A stretch of 64,000 bases of DNA from an uncultured Acidobacteriota bacterium (GCA_963796275.1 CAWCKY010000006.1:2080001-2144000); one strand, 5' to 3'. Shown: positions 1 to 11,333, counted from the first letter of the stretch. Numbers and translations: made by a program. Notes: a model not told the origin generated them from the sequence alone.

Positions 1-1091
1 CTGTAAACCTCAATGAAGCTGATCTGCTCGATTTCGCTGAGGTTTAAAGTCTGTTTGTTTACCTCCGCCGCGACTTCCTGCGCCACCAGCCATTGCCCGT
101 TGACGGCGATCCGTAACTCCTTCGGATCGTGTTCATAGACCAATCTCACGCGGTGGCGCAACCGCTTCAAGGCTCCTTTACTATCATTACCGCGATGGCC
201 ATTGTTGCCCCCGCCTTTCTTCAAACCATTCTCTCCCATACCATCTTTCGATCCCGGATCAGGACGGTTGAAATCGGTTGGGTTGCGATCTGCGAGCAGC
301 AGCAGTCCCAGCGTTCTATTGACTTCGTCCAGACAGCGGCGGCAACTTGTCAGATGCGCGAGCACTTCACGTTCGACCGGCCGACGTTCTGCGTTCTGAT
401 AGCGCTCCCGTAGTTCCCTGTGCGGCGGGCATGCGCCGCTGCACGCGCCAAAAATTTGATCCCACAACGCCGTCAACAGGTCATCAGTGGAGAGTCGAGT
501 GTGCATCCATCTCGGTTCCGGCGTTGAACATTGCACGACGAATCCTAGACGATGCGGGTCCTGCACGATGAGTCGCGCCTCGGCCCGCGCGACGCGCAGC
601 GATTCGGCGGCCGCTTGCCGCTCGATCTGCAATATCTTGGCAATCTCGCCGGGGAAATAGCCCAGAAAATAGCGCAGGATCAAAACACTCGCCGCCTTCG
701 AGGTCTCCTTGCGCCAACAGGCGTAGCGGCAGATCAAAAATAACTCATCCTGGACATTAATGAGATGCCGTGATTCGACAAAACGCAGTCCCAATTCTAC
801 CGAGTCGTAATCGAGCAGGCTGAGCTGTTGCATCGAGCCCCGCCCGGCGCGCCGGATCTGCGAACGGTAAGTGTTGCGCAGCGATATGTAGAGATAACCG
901 TCCAGATTCTCGATCTTTTGCAGGTCCGGCTGGGTAAGGGCAAATTTAACAAAGACATCGTGAACCAAATCCTCCGCCTGATGCAGGTCGTGATCGGTCA
1001 GCTGCATGGCAAACGCCAGTAGCCGATCATAGCGATCCATGAATAAGTCTTCATAAGTGCAGGCAGTCCGCTGTTGAAATAGCATGATCAT
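1..1091 (-). CDS. ECF sigma-70 factor with long C-terminal extension containing a ZAS-like HxxxCxxC motif (3' partial, runs off the window)
   Basis: Manual translation from ATG 1091 is open to base 1 (363 codons). Sigma2-like: YDRLLAFAMQLTDHDLHQAEDLVHDVFVKF...GYLYISLRN. Sigma4-like: VLILRYFLGYFPGEIAKILQI. Then VLAHLTSCRRCLDEV. Absent from the ORF track because there is no stop in the window. Confidence 0.8.
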   Translation of the reverse strand, partial: MIMLFQQRTACTYEDLFMDRYDRLLAFAMQLTDHDLHQAEDLVHDVFVKFALTQPDLQKIENLDGYLYISLRNTYRSQIRRAGRGSMQQLSLLDYDSVELGLRFVESRHLINVQDELFLICRYACWRKETSKAASVLILRYFLGYFPGEIAKILQIERQAAAESLRVARAEARLIVQDPHRLGFVVQCSTPEPRWMHTRLSTDDLLTALWDQIFGACSGACPPHRELRERYQNAERRPVEREVLAHLTSCRRCLDEVNRTLGLLLLADRNPTDFNRPDPGSKDGMGENGLKKGGGNNGHRGNDSKGALKRLRHRVRLVYEHDPKELRIAVNGQWLVAQEVAAEVNKQTLNLSEIEQISFIEVY

Positions 1092-1262
1092 TACACTCAA
1101 TCAGACTCCCCAGAACCGGCTGGCATCAGGTGGCTGGGCAAAAAAGTTACCGAATACAGTTTAGCAATGGAGCAATTTCGGTCAATTTCAATTGGCTTAT
1201 ATAGTTGCACTGTGTGGGCTATTCCAGTCCATCCCGAATTTCCTTCTTCCAGTAAGGGGACA

Positions 1263-2532
1263 TCAAATCGTCGGCAGACCCAGCAATCGCGCGGCATTGT
1301 TGTGGTAAACCTTTTTCAGTATCTGATCGGGCAGCCCGATGCCGTATATCTTCCAGCGCCCCTGCGGCGGGGTGGGGCTGGGGGCATAATCGAAGTATTC
1401 ATCGAGCGTCTCCAAAAATCGAAAATAGGCTTGGAACATGGCTGGTTTCAGATACCTGCTGCGGAACCTCCGTGCCATTCGGCGTGGCGTCGGTGCCGAA
1501 CATAATGCGATCTTGATAATCCTCGAAGAACTTGCGCGCCCGGCGCGGTTGGCGGCCCAGTTCGCCGAGCCGAGCGCCGATCTCCACGCGCAGATTGGGA
1601 TATCGGTTGAGCCAGTTCGATACTTCATCGAGGTTCTCCGGATGATTGGCGACGTGCAATCCGACGAAGGTGGTCCGGGCGTGACGCTCGATCACGCGAT
1701 TGCGCGAGATCAGTAGTTCTGCCTTCGGGGGAAAATCTTTCCCGTAAAAAGACCAGTTTGGGTGATTGCGGAGCTCTTCCCATCGTTCATTGAAACGATC
1801 GGTTGGCGTGAAGAAGGCGTCGGGATCTGCGGTGTGTATGAAGACGGGCAGGTTTAACTTTCCCGCTGCCTCCCACATCGGGTCAAAACGCGGATCGTCA
1901 ATCTTGACCAACGGCCCGTCCAAGCCGTTTTCGCGTAAGTAGACTCCCAGAGTCTTAGTTATTTTCAGGCCGATGGCGCCCGCATCCTTGGCGCGCCGCA
2001 ATTCTTCGGCCTGCCATGCCGGATAGTTCGGTTCCCTGAACTTGTCGTAAGCGGGCACAACACAGTTAAGGAATCGGCCTTTGTATCTTCCTTGCAGGTC
2101 GCTCACGTTCCGTTTCAGAGTCTCTCCGTAGCCCCCAGTGAGGTTATTCAGCGTCTTGATATTCAACTGATCCATCCAGTTCACGATCTGATCCAACTGC
2201 TTGAAGGCGGAGTCCGCGACCGTGGCTCTTGAATCGGTCGCCCGTTGTTGCCCGAAGACGCCGGAGATATGAGTATGGACGTCAATGACCGGGTAGCGCG
2301 CCCGGAGAGTCGGATGCTCCGGGACTACGAGCATGCTCTTGGGCTGAAAGTCATCGAGGGCTAGTTTTGCGGGTTGATCCTGCGTGCTCATCGCGCCGTC
2401 CCCGACACGTTCAGCGGTGCCAGGGCTGCTCCTGGAGATCAGGACCGAGGCGGCGACGCTACCTAGAAAACGGCGCCGTGGATTGGGTTTTGATTCCATG
2501 CAATTCTTCACAGTGTTTTTCCTCCTGAACAA
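1263..2532 (-). CDS. Amidohydrolase_2 family metallohydrolase with Tat-like signal, split by a +1 frameshift near 1454
   Basis: RRRFLG signal, IDVHTH, FIHTADP and MFGTD in ORF 1399-2532. The family C-terminus (YFRFLET...GRWKIYGIGLPDQILKKVYHNNA) lies in ORF 1263-1628. Confidence 0.85.
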
Positions 2533-2705
2533 TGCATTATAGAAAGGAGGACGGAAATTGTGTAACTTCTTCGCTCGTTGAATGGCGCAAATTCGCTGCC
2601 TCTCGCCTACTGATACGTCAGCAATATCTCGAAAGTGCTCAATCCGAAAATCCGTATAATATTCAGAAATATGGAGATACAGTATTGAACGTTTCCATAT
2701 AAGCG

Positions 2706-2728
2706 ACTGTAAATAGAATGTTTACAGT
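2706..2728. promoter_or_regulatory. Palindromic candidate operator between the divergent amidohydrolase and TonB receptor
   Basis: ACTGTAAA-N7-TTTACAGT, perfect 8-bp inverted repeat in an AT-rich divergent intergenic region. Confidence 0.35.
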
Positions 2729-2917
2729 GAGTAGGCTGGCCTGTTACCCCCGGCATAATATTTGACTGCCACAAATTGTGTCGGTGTTAACCTTTTAGTC
2801 CCAAGTTCCATATCTAGTTAGGCATTACCTTCGACATTTCTACTGGGGGAGGCGGTCATTCGTACCGCAGCTCCCGATCAAATACCTGCGTCGTAAGCGG
2901 GCGAATAGGGGGGAGCT

Positions 2918-5900
2918 ATGAAACGAGAAGATAGATTTGCGCGAGCTATAGTCGTTATTTCATGTTTGGCCATCAGTCTCGTATACCTGGGTGCTGGAGC
3001 GCCTGGGGCGTCGGCCCAGGTGCTTTATGGCTCGATCGTGGGGACCGTAACCGATCAAACGAGCGCCGTGGTGCCCAACGCAACTGTGAAGGTTACGAAC
3101 ATATCGACCGGCCTGTCGCGTCAGGTTACCGCGGACAGCGCTGGCAGCTATTCAATTCCGAACCTGCTCGAGGGTGAGTACGACCTTTCGGTCAGCGCCG
3201 GCGGATTCAAACCACTCACCCAAAAGGGAGTGAGCGTCCGGATCAATAACGTCGCACACGTGGATGTCAGGTTGGAGGTAGGCGGGGTCGCCGATTTCGT
3301 TACGGTCGATGCAAGCGGTGCGCTTCTGCAGACTACAAAGGCGGATGTCAATTCAAACCTGGAATCGAAGGCGATCGAGAATCTGCCGCTTTCCGGCTAT
3401 CGCAACTTTCAAAGTCTGGTGAACCTGGTCCCCGGTGCCACTCCGGGGCGATTTCAGAACGCAGTGATCGATACACCACAGCGCGACCTGACCACGAATG
3501 TTAATGGACAGGAACGCGGCGCAAACAATACGCGGGTGGACGGTGCAGCTAATATTCTCGTGACGATGCCGCACCATATGGTTTATGTTCCGCCGGTAGA
3601 AAGCATTCAGGAAGTCAATATCTCCACTAATAACTTCGATGCGGAACAGGGCATTACCGGAGGCGCCGCTGTTACTGTGTCGACGAAATCCGGGACAAAC
3701 GAATTCCATGGGAGCGCATTCGCCTACCACGCCAATAACGCCACGCGCGCCTTTCTGTGGGATGAGAATCGCGCCGGCCTAACGAAGAAACCGAAAGGGA
3801 TTCGCAACTTCGACGGGGCTAGCATCGGCGGACCTATCAAGAAAAATAAACTCTTCTTCTTCGCTGATTGGGAGGGCACGTTTGAGCGGGTAGGCCGCTC
3901 AAGGTTGTACTCCGTGCCGACGGGCGACTTCCGCATGGGGGATTTCAGCCGAACCTTGGGATCGCAAATTTTGGATGCCAATGGAGACACGATTCCAGTA
4001 CCGACCACAGAGGGCGGCTCCGTACCGCTCCAGGGAGGGATGATTTTCGATCCATTCACCGGTAACGAGGACGGCACCGGCCGTTCGGTCTTCTCCAGTG
4101 GTGGGCGGCTCAACGTGATTCCTGCTGCGCGACTGAACAGCCGCATGATGCAACTGCTGGGGCTGGTTCCTCTCCCCAACCAACCCGGGGATCTGAACAA
4201 CTTCTTCAACATCGGCACGCAGCGTTTAAATCGTAACAATGTAGACGCGAAGGTGAACTGGAACCGGAATGAAAAGAACCAAGTCTGGTTCAAGTACAGT
4301 GTCATGAGTGCGCTGGTTAACGGCGATTTCGGCCTGGGCGAAGCCGGAGGCGAGTGTTTATGCGATGGCGGGGTCGGCGCCGGCCAAACACTAGTGCAAT
4401 TGGCGACCATCGGGCAGACCTATACTGTCTCACCCAACCTTGTGATCGACGGTACATTCGGCTGGACCCGATTTGGGCAGAACGTGCAGTCCCCCGATCT
4501 CGGTACCAATTTCGGAAGCGATGTGCTCGGCATTCCGGGAACGAACGGTCCCGATCCCCGGGAGAGCGGTATGCCCGCCTTCAACTTTTCCGACTATTCG
4601 AGCCTCGGCAACACCGAAGGGTGGAACCCGCTGTTCCGCAATGACCAATCCTTCACTTTCAATACAAATGCAAGCTGGGTAAAGGGCAAACACGAGATCA
4701 GATTTGGCTTCGACTATCTACACCATTTGATGAATCACTGGCAGCCGGAACTTGGAAGCGGCCCCCGAGGCGCGTTCACGTTCGATCCGGGTGTGACAGC
4801 CCTCAACCCGACAGCATTTGGGGACACAGTCGGATTCCAGGGAGATACCCCATCATTTGAGAACAGTTGGAACAGCCTGGCCGGTTTTCTGCTCGGCACG
4901 CCCACTGTATCGGGGAAGAGCAGCCAGTACATCAAGATGGATAGCAAGGAGAATGTGTTTGCATTCTACGTGCGCGATCGCTGGCGAGTCACGCCCAAGC
5001 TAACGCTTAGCCTGGGATTGCGATGGGAGCTTTATCCCAACCGCACGCGCTCTGCCGGCCTGGGCATTGAATCCTATGATCCCGCAACCAACGAGGTCCT
5101 GATTGGCGGGCGTGGTGACCTTTCTCGAGACAACGGAGTTGGATACAGCAAGAAACTCTTCGCGCCCCGAATCGGGTTTGCCTATCAGTTAGGGAATTCG
5201 ACCGTCATCCGGAGCGGTTATGGTATTACCTATCACTCGCACCCATGGGGCGCTCAGGCATTGCGCGGCTGGTTCCCGCTCACGATTGCCGCGGAGTTTT
5301 CCGGCGTCAATGGCTTCCAACCGGTAACCACTGATCCCAATTACATCGCAGCCGGTGTTCCCAATCAACCACTCGGCACCGATGTCGGTATTCTGCCGAT
5401 TTGCTGCCCTGATATCAGCACCGGAAGGGTTCCGCTGCCTTCGGCGAATGAGATGGGGTATCCCGTCGCCAACAGACAATTAAACCGCGGCTATATCCAA
5501 TCGTGGAACTTCATTGTCGAGACCAAGCTCCCCGGCGAGTTTGTCACATCGGTAGGATACGTCGGGACGGCATCTGTTAACGGATTCGCCTTCCTAGACA
5601 TCAATGCTTCACAAATACCTGGCTCCGGCAACGATGGGCGCCCGCTTTTCGCCCGATTTGGTCGAACCGCAACGACCAGAGAGTGGGACGGACGCACGCA
5701 CAGCAATTATCACTCGCTGCAAACCACCGTCAATCGGCGGCTGACCGGCGGCCTATTTCTTAAGGCCGCTTATACATACTCGCATGCAATCGATTTGGCC
5801 GATTACAGCGATTGGACGGAATTTCTTTGGAACGCGCCGAGTGTGTTTGGTCGCAACCGGGCCACATCATCGAGCAACATCCCCCACGTATTCCAGTTCG

Positions 5901-6442
5901 GCACTGTATATGATCTCCCCTTGGGTCCCGACAAGAGATGGGCGAAAAGCGGCGTGCTCAGCGCGCTGGTAGGCGGCTGGCAGCTCAACGGCATTTTCAG
6001 CGCCTACACGGGGCGGCCCTACACACTTACCGCTTCCGGGTCGACGTTGAACATGCCGGGTAACCAGCAGACGCCGGACCAGATAAAGCCGGAGGTTGAA
6101 AAGCTGGGCAAGGTTGGTGACGATGGCACCTGGTTCGATACCAGCGCATTTGCGCGCCCCACTGGCGTCGCATTCGGTAATGTTGGCCGAAACACGATGA
6201 GTGGACCAGGTGTGGTGAACCTCGATCTGAGTCTGTTCCGAAACTTCAAACTCACAGAGCGCTTCAATCTTCAGTTTCGGGCCGAGTCATTCAATGTCAG
6301 CAATACGCCGCATTTCTCGACCCCGGTCGACGATACTGCCGATATTAATAGCTCGAACTTTGGGAGGATATTGTCAACGCAGTCCGCAGATGCGATGGGG
6401 CGATCTCGGGAATTCCGTTTCGGCTTACGTCTGAGCTTTTAG
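2918..6442 (+). CDS. TonB-dependent receptor (Oar-like, N-terminal carboxypeptidase-regulatory-like domain)
   Basis: Signal peptide, GSIVGTVTD...VPNATVKV, KSGTNEFHGS, LGLRWE, FAPRIGFAY, C-terminal GLRLSF; 1174 aa. Confidence 0.92.
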   Translation: MKREDRFARAIVVISCLAISLVYLGAGAPGASAQVLYGSIVGTVTDQTSAVVPNATVKVTNISTGLSRQVTADSAGSYSIPNLLEGEYDLSVSAGGFKPLTQKGVSVRINNVAHVDVRLEVGGVADFVTVDASGALLQTTKADVNSNLESKAIENLPLSGYRNFQSLVNLVPGATPGRFQNAVIDTPQRDLTTNVNGQERGANNTRVDGAANILVTMPHHMVYVPPVESIQEVNISTNNFDAEQGITGGAAVTVSTKSGTNEFHGSAFAYHANNATRAFLWDENRAGLTKKPKGIRNFDGASIGGPIKKNKLFFFADWEGTFERVGRSRLYSVPTGDFRMGDFSRTLGSQILDANGDTIPVPTTEGGSVPLQGGMIFDPFTGNEDGTGRSVFSSGGRLNVIPAARLNSRMMQLLGLVPLPNQPGDLNNFFNIGTQRLNRNNVDAKVNWNRNEKNQVWFKYSVMSALVNGDFGLGEAGGECLCDGGVGAGQTLVQLATIGQTYTVSPNLVIDGTFGWTRFGQNVQSPDLGTNFGSDVLGIPGTNGPDPRESGMPAFNFSDYSSLGNTEGWNPLFRNDQSFTFNTNASWVKGKHEIRFGFDYLHHLMNHWQPELGSGPRGAFTFDPGVTALNPTAFGDTVGFQGDTPSFENSWNSLAGFLLGTPTVSGKSSQYIKMDSKENVFAFYVRDRWRVTPKLTLSLGLRWELYPNRTRSAGLGIESYDPATNEVLIGGRGDLSRDNGVGYSKKLFAPRIGFAYQLGNSTVIRSGYGITYHSHPWGAQALRGWFPLTIAAEFSGVNGFQPVTTDPNYIAAGVPNQPLGTDVGILPICCPDISTGRVPLPSANEMGYPVANRQLNRGYIQSWNFIVETKLPGEFVTSVGYVGTASVNGFAFLDINASQIPGSGNDGRPLFARFGRTATTREWDGRTHSNYHSLQTTVNRRLTGGLFLKAAYTYSHAIDLADYSDWTEFLWNAPSVFGRNRATSSSNIPHVFQFGTVYDLPLGPDKRWAKSGVLSALVGGWQLNGIFSAYTGRPYTLTASGSTLNMPGNQQTPDQIKPEVEKLGKVGDDGTWFDTSAFARPTGVAFGNVGRNTMSGPGVVNLDLSLFRNFKLTERFNLQFRAESFNVSNTPHFSTPVDDTADINSSNFGRILSTQSADAMGRSREFRFGLRLSF

Positions 6443-6507
6443 TCGTCATCATTACCATGGTGATATGCACAGAAAGCCGGGGTTCACTTGTTCCGATCTC
6501 AATCGAT

Positions 6508-6996
6508 TCAGGGACGGGAACTGAGCGCGATCGCGAAGAGCAATGCCGCCAGAAGTGAGGCTGCCGTTCGCACGTGATTCCAGGCTGTCCAGCTTGAGAG
6601 GTATTCGGCCCAGAGCCTGGCGGCATTCGAGCCTCCCGGCTCAATTGCCGCCATTGCGTTGTTTCGCGGCACGTTGAACGCCCCCGTAACCAGAATTGTC
6701 CCGATCAAATAGAGCAAGCCGCCGGTCAGCCAATATATGGCGCGCTGATCGTGCCATCTGAGGACTGAGGCTGCGATCGCGAACAGGCACATCGCTGCCG
6801 TGCCGAAAAAGGCCGTCAGAAACCAGGGATTGATGACCACCACATTTATCGATTGCATGGCGGCAACGCCATGCGCCGGCGGAAGATTCCCAAGGGCCCT
6901 CATCACACATTTCGAAAAAGCAAAGAAGAAGCCGGAAATGAGGCCGCAGCCGAGCACTGACGCCAGAGTCATAACGAAGAGCAACCGTTCGAGCAC
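6508..6996 (-). CDS. DUF1772 / anthrone oxygenase family membrane protein
   Basis: GFFFAFS..VMRAL, AMQSINV, NVPRNN, WTAWNHVRT motifs; about four hydrophobic segments. Confidence 0.85.
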   Translation of the reverse strand: MLERLLFVMTLASVLGCGLISGFFFAFSKCVMRALGNLPPAHGVAAMQSINVVVINPWFLTAFFGTAAMCLFAIAASVLRWHDQRAIYWLTGGLLYLIGTILVTGAFNVPRNNAMAAIEPGGSNAARLWAEYLSSWTAWNHVRTAASLLAALLFAIALSSRP

Positions 6997-7199
6997 CGGA
7001 TAATCCTTTCGTTTCGTGTTGGTGCTACTGTGACGTAGCCATCGCCCATTATCATTCCGGTGCAGGGAATTGACAATTACCGCCGCTCACTCGAGCAATC
7101 GATAGAACGCAATCTCAGGCTTCTAAAGATTATCTCTTCACAGTTTGATCGTTATGCTTATGTCCTCCGTTGCCGGATTCTAAATCAGGTCACATATGC

Positions 7200-9860
7200 T
7201 TATTCGAATCGCAGCAATGCGGCAGGATCGGACCGCGCAGCGCGGCGCGCGGGCAAGCCGCAGGCGAGCGCGGCCGCAATCGCCAATACTGCAACCACGA
7301 TCAAATAAGTGACCGGATCGCCGGGAGAGATACCTACCAGCATAAACCTGAGAACACCACCCAAGGCGAAGGACAAGGGCAATCCGATCAAGAGCCCGAT
7401 CATGAACTGCCGCATACCCTGAAAGAAGATGTACCACCAAAGGCGAGATCCGATCGCACCCATTGCCGCACGGATAGCCATCTCGCGGGTCCGCTGGTTG
7501 ACGGACTGAGAAATCACGGCATACAGACCCGTGGATGCGAGCACCAGCGCGATAATCGCCAGGATGCTGAAAACGAAGCTGATGAAGCGAATGTCGATAT
7601 GTGTAGACGCGACATGATCGTCGAGAGAACGCAGATTGGATACGGGAAGGTTCGCATTCAATTCTTTCACGCTTTGCCGGAAGCCGAGAGCGAGGTTCAG
7701 CGGGTCGACACTTGTCCGCGCGACGACGGTCATATAACTACTAGGATTTTGCCGGTACGGCAGATATACGCGGGGAAGCCCCTTGCTGAAGCGGGTCTGA
7801 ACGATATCCGCTGTAACGCCGACGACTGTCGACCAGGCTTTGTTTTCCATGTCATCAAGGCGAATGCGTTTCCCGATCGGATTCTGGCCGGGCCAGTGTC
7901 TGTCGGCCAGGCTCTGATTGATGATCGCCGCTTCACGGCCAACGTCTCCGTCAAGCTCGGTGAATTCCCGTCCTCGTAATATCCGCCCCTGCATACAGTG
8001 AAAATATCCGGGGCCGATGGTCAAAAGCGTTGTCCGAGGCCGCTTGTTCTCATCGGCGACCGGCGATCCTTCGATCTGAAAAGGGTTCATCCGTTCCAGC
8101 CCGGACCAGTGGCCGGGCAACGCGGATGCGATCGTAGCCGATTCAATACCGGGCACCGCGGCGATGCGGGTGCGCAGCTCCTGAAAAAACGTTATCTGTT
8201 GCTGTGGCTTCTCGTATTTATGATGCGGCAAAGCTACCTGCATGGTCAGCACATTGGCGGTGTTTACGCCCAAATTCACGCTCCCGGCGCTAATCGTGCT
8301 TCGAATCATCAGCACCGCGCCCATCAAAAGAACCACGCAGAGAGCCACCTCGGCCCCGACCAGAATATGCGTTAACAACCGCCGCCGTACGCCGCCGCTT
8401 ATTGCCTGGCCGCCATCTTTCAATACGCTGCTCAGATCGATCTTGGATATTCGTAATGCAGGCGCGAGGCCGAAGACGATACCCGTTCCGATCGTGATCG
8501 CCGCCAGGTACAGCAGCACCGTTCTATCCACCGATAGTACGACCCAGCTGGGCAGCCTTCCCCCTATTGACCCGTTAGCCGCATCGAATGCCCTCACACC
8601 CCAATAGGCGAGAAATATTCCCAGCACGCCCGCCATAACTGACAACAGAACGCTCTCCGTGAGCAGTTGCCGGATGACTCGCGCTCGCCCAGCCCCCATG
8701 GCCGCGCGGATCGACATTTCGCGAGTCCGGATCAACCCTCGCCCGAGGAGCAGGTTTGCTGCATTCGCGCAGGCGATAAGAAGCACAAAGGCTACGCCGC
8801 CCCATAGAGTTTGCATGATTTGGCGGAATTGAAGTCTGAACATGTGTTGGTTTATGTTCCGGACTTCCGCCCTGACGGTCTTGTTGGTTGCGGGATAATC
8901 GACCGCTAGTTGACGCGCGACAGCGCCGACTTCAGCACTCGCTTGACCGATGCTGACTCCATCGGCGAGGCGGCCGAATACGAAGATGTTGCGTTGTTCC
9001 CTTGTTGACTGGGCCGGTTGAGTTATAAATGGAAGCCAGAGCTTGTTATCGGCAGGCAACGCTATGCCGGGAGCTGTCACGCCGATGATGGTAGCGGGCG
9101 TTTCGTCGATGCTTACGGTCTTCCCGACCACCGACTCGTCTTTGTTGTAACGAGTTTCCCAGACGCCGTAAGTCAGGAGCACGACGGGCGGCGCTCCGGG
9201 CTGAGTATCCGCTGGTTCCAGATCGCGCCCGAGCAGCGGTTTCTGGCCGAGAACTGACAAAGTGTTCGACGTTATCCGTGAGATAAAGTATCCCTCCGGA
9301 AAGTTTGCATCATCGCTCAAGTTGACGCCCCCGTACTGAAAAGCGGCGAGTTCGTCGAACGACTTCATCCGCTCTTTGAGATCACGATATTCGGCGTACG
9401 AGAAGACCTCGAGCGGCTCGGCCTCGCCGTGCGCCGTGTCAAAGCTGAAGAGGTAGGCGAGCCGCTCGCTGCCAGGGAATGACATATTACTGAATAGAAC
9501 CGCGTTCACAATCGTGAAGACGGCGGTGTTGGCCCCGATTGCGAGCGCCAGCCCGCAAACGGTGAACAACGTGAAACCTTTGTGCTTGAGCATCATCCGC
9601 AGCCCGTAGCGTAGATCCTGGAGCGTCGTTTCCACCAAAGCGATGCCTCTGCGTTCGCGATAGACCTCTTTGACCTGCTCGACTCCGCCGAATTTGCGTA
9701 AAGCCGCATGCCGCGCTTCTTCAGGGCTCATCCCTTGCCGCCGGTTATCCTCTATCTGTAACTCGAGATGAGAGCGGATTTCATCTTCCATATCTCGCTC
9801 GAGCCTGCGCTTCAGAAATAACCCCCGTAAACGGTGGATGAAGACTCGTAACCATGTCAT
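7200..9860 (-). CDS. ADOP-family duplicated orphan ABC permease (MacB-PCD/FtsX x2)
   Basis: Permease-prefix N-terminus (EDEIRSHLE...KFGGVEQVKE), QDLRYGLR, LLIACANAANLLL, REMAIRAAMGA, DPAALLRFE. Confidence 0.92.
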   Translation of the reverse strand: MTWLRVFIHRLRGLFLKRRLERDMEDEIRSHLELQIEDNRRQGMSPEEARHAALRKFGGVEQVKEVYRERRGIALVETTLQDLRYGLRMMLKHKGFTLFTVCGLALAIGANTAVFTIVNAVLFSNMSFPGSERLAYLFSFDTAHGEAEPLEVFSYAEYRDLKERMKSFDELAAFQYGGVNLSDDANFPEGYFISRITSNTLSVLGQKPLLGRDLEPADTQPGAPPVVLLTYGVWETRYNKDESVVGKTVSIDETPATIIGVTAPGIALPADNKLWLPFITQPAQSTREQRNIFVFGRLADGVSIGQASAEVGAVARQLAVDYPATNKTVRAEVRNINQHMFRLQFRQIMQTLWGGVAFVLLIACANAANLLLGRGLIRTREMSIRAAMGAGRARVIRQLLTESVLLSVMAGVLGIFLAYWGVRAFDAANGSIGGRLPSWVVLSVDRTVLLYLAAITIGTGIVFGLAPALRISKIDLSSVLKDGGQAISGGVRRRLLTHILVGAEVALCVVLLMGAVLMIRSTISAGSVNLGVNTANVLTMQVALPHHKYEKPQQQITFFQELRTRIAAVPGIESATIASALPGHWSGLERMNPFQIEGSPVADENKRPRTTLLTIGPGYFHCMQGRILRGREFTELDGDVGREAAIINQSLADRHWPGQNPIGKRIRLDDMENKAWSTVVGVTADIVQTRFSKGLPRVYLPYRQNPSSYMTVVARTSVDPLNLALGFRQSVKELNANLPVSNLRSLDDHVASTHIDIRFISFVFSILAIIALVLASTGLYAVISQSVNQRTREMAIRAAMGAIGSRLWWYIFFQGMRQFMIGLLIGLPLSFALGGVLRFMLVGISPGDPVTYLIVVAVLAIAAALACGLPARRAARSDPAALLRFE

Positions 9861-10093
9861 AAGGTTTCTCCTGAGGTTTGTTGAGTCGGGTCAGCAACTG
9901 TCTCCTGTTGGTGAACAAACGGAGACTATCTCATGTTCTGTAGGTAGTCAACATAATCGGAAGCCGGCCGAGATTCGACAAAATGACGCCATAAAAAGAA
10001 GGGCACAAAAAGGGAGTAGGGAGAGTGGCGCGTTATTTCCACACCCCGATTCCTGATGTATGCCCTTTGGACTTTGTGATTTATTCGGTGAAT

Positions 10094-10978
10094 TTATCCT
10101 CGTCTTGCCGCTTCTTCCAACTTCGCTATATCAATTTTTTTCATTTGCAGGAATGCTTCCGTGACGCGCGCGATCTTCTTTTCATCCTTTTGTCGGAATA
10201 CTTCATCCATACCGGTGTGCGTGATTTGCCAGGAGAACCCGAATTTGTCTTTGAGCCATCCGCATTGTTCCGCCTCGGGCACTGCTGTGAGTTTGTCCCA
10301 ATAGTAATCGATCTCTTCTTGTGTATCGCAGTGCACCATCAATGAAATTGCCTCATTGAATGCAAAATTGTGTCCGTAAGCGCTGTCCATGGCTGCAAAT
10401 GCCTGTCCTTCCAGGACGAACGCGGCGTGTTTAACGGTGCCGGCTTTATTGGGCGCATCGCCAGAGTCATATCTGTGCATGCCATCGACTCGCGCATTGC
10501 GGAAGATCGAAACGTAATGATTTATCGCCTCTTCGGCTTTTCCGCACTGCTTACCCACAAACATCAGGGTGGGGGTGATTGCTTGTTCGATTGGCTGGCC
10601 AACTTGATACATCAATTGCCACGACAGACCATACTTGTCTTGCGTCCACGCGTATCTTTCACTGAAAGGATAGGGCCCGAGTTCCATGAGCACATCACCG
10701 CCTTTCGATATCTTGTCAAATGCCGCATCTACAGCTTTCTCGGAGTCGAACGCCACCAGGAAAGAGACGGAAGGGTTGAACTTGAAAAGCGGGCCTGCGC
10801 TGATGAGAGTGAATTCTTGTTCCGCCAGTTCAATGGTTACAATGTCCACCGAACCCGAGGGAGTGTTGTGTATCGTGGTCGTGTCCTTATGTTTTGACTC
10901 CTTGAAGATCGAGACATAGAAGTTCGCGGCTTCTATCGCCTCTTTGTCGTACCACAGATGTGGAGTTATTTTGTGCAC
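10094..10978 (-). CDS. Two-domain VOC/PhnB-like (3-demethylubiquinone-9 methyltransferase domain) protein
   Basis: KITPHLWYD, FKFNPSVSF, DKYGLSWQ, FNEAISL, CGWLKDKFGFSWQ. Confidence 0.88.
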   Translation of the reverse strand: MHKITPHLWYDKEAIEAANFYVSIFKESKHKDTTTIHNTPSGSVDIVTIELAEQEFTLISAGPLFKFNPSVSFLVAFDSEKAVDAAFDKISKGGDVLMELGPYPFSERYAWTQDKYGLSWQLMYQVGQPIEQAITPTLMFVGKQCGKAEEAINHYVSIFRNARVDGMHRYDSGDAPNKAGTVKHAAFVLEGQAFAAMDSAYGHNFAFNEAISLMVHCDTQEEIDYYWDKLTAVPEAEQCGWLKDKFGFSWQITHTGMDEVFRQKDEKKIARVTEAFLQMKKIDIAKLEEAARRG

Positions 10979-11333
10979 GATTATTTCCTTTCTCCGGCAT
11001 AAAATGCAGGTTTGGCAGGGATTGATTTAAGACGCTGAGCACTTAGCGATGCTCTTACCATTTTTTGAATTTGTAAGCATGCCTGCATACCCAAAGCTTG
11101 CGTGGCTCCTGGGCTGATTTTTCTGGCTCAAATGGCTCAGTGATTCTAACGCCTTATGAAACTTGGGTAAACTCCGTGTTCAACCGCCTTCACTCTGCAG
11201 CCGAGTAATAACGATAGAAAGAAGCAGATTCCTACCGAGCCCCGAACGAGAGTAACAAATACGATCATGTCGAATTATGGCCAGAAAATTTTCTGAAGCG
11301 AATTGGATCATCGTGCGCCTCAATGAATGAGGG

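Noticed and set aside
129-1022. Short ORFs listed at the left edge of the ORF track
   Set aside because: Antisense or alternate-frame shadows of the unlisted minus-strand ECF gene (1-1091).
1445-1460. Programmed ribosomal frameshifting in the amidohydrolase or the TBDR (56039)
   Set aside because: No slippery heptamer or homopolymer run; an indel error or mutation is simpler.
7200-9860. ABC permease lacking an ATPase partner as a novelty
   Set aside because: Orphan status is the norm for ADOP permeases in Acidobacteria.
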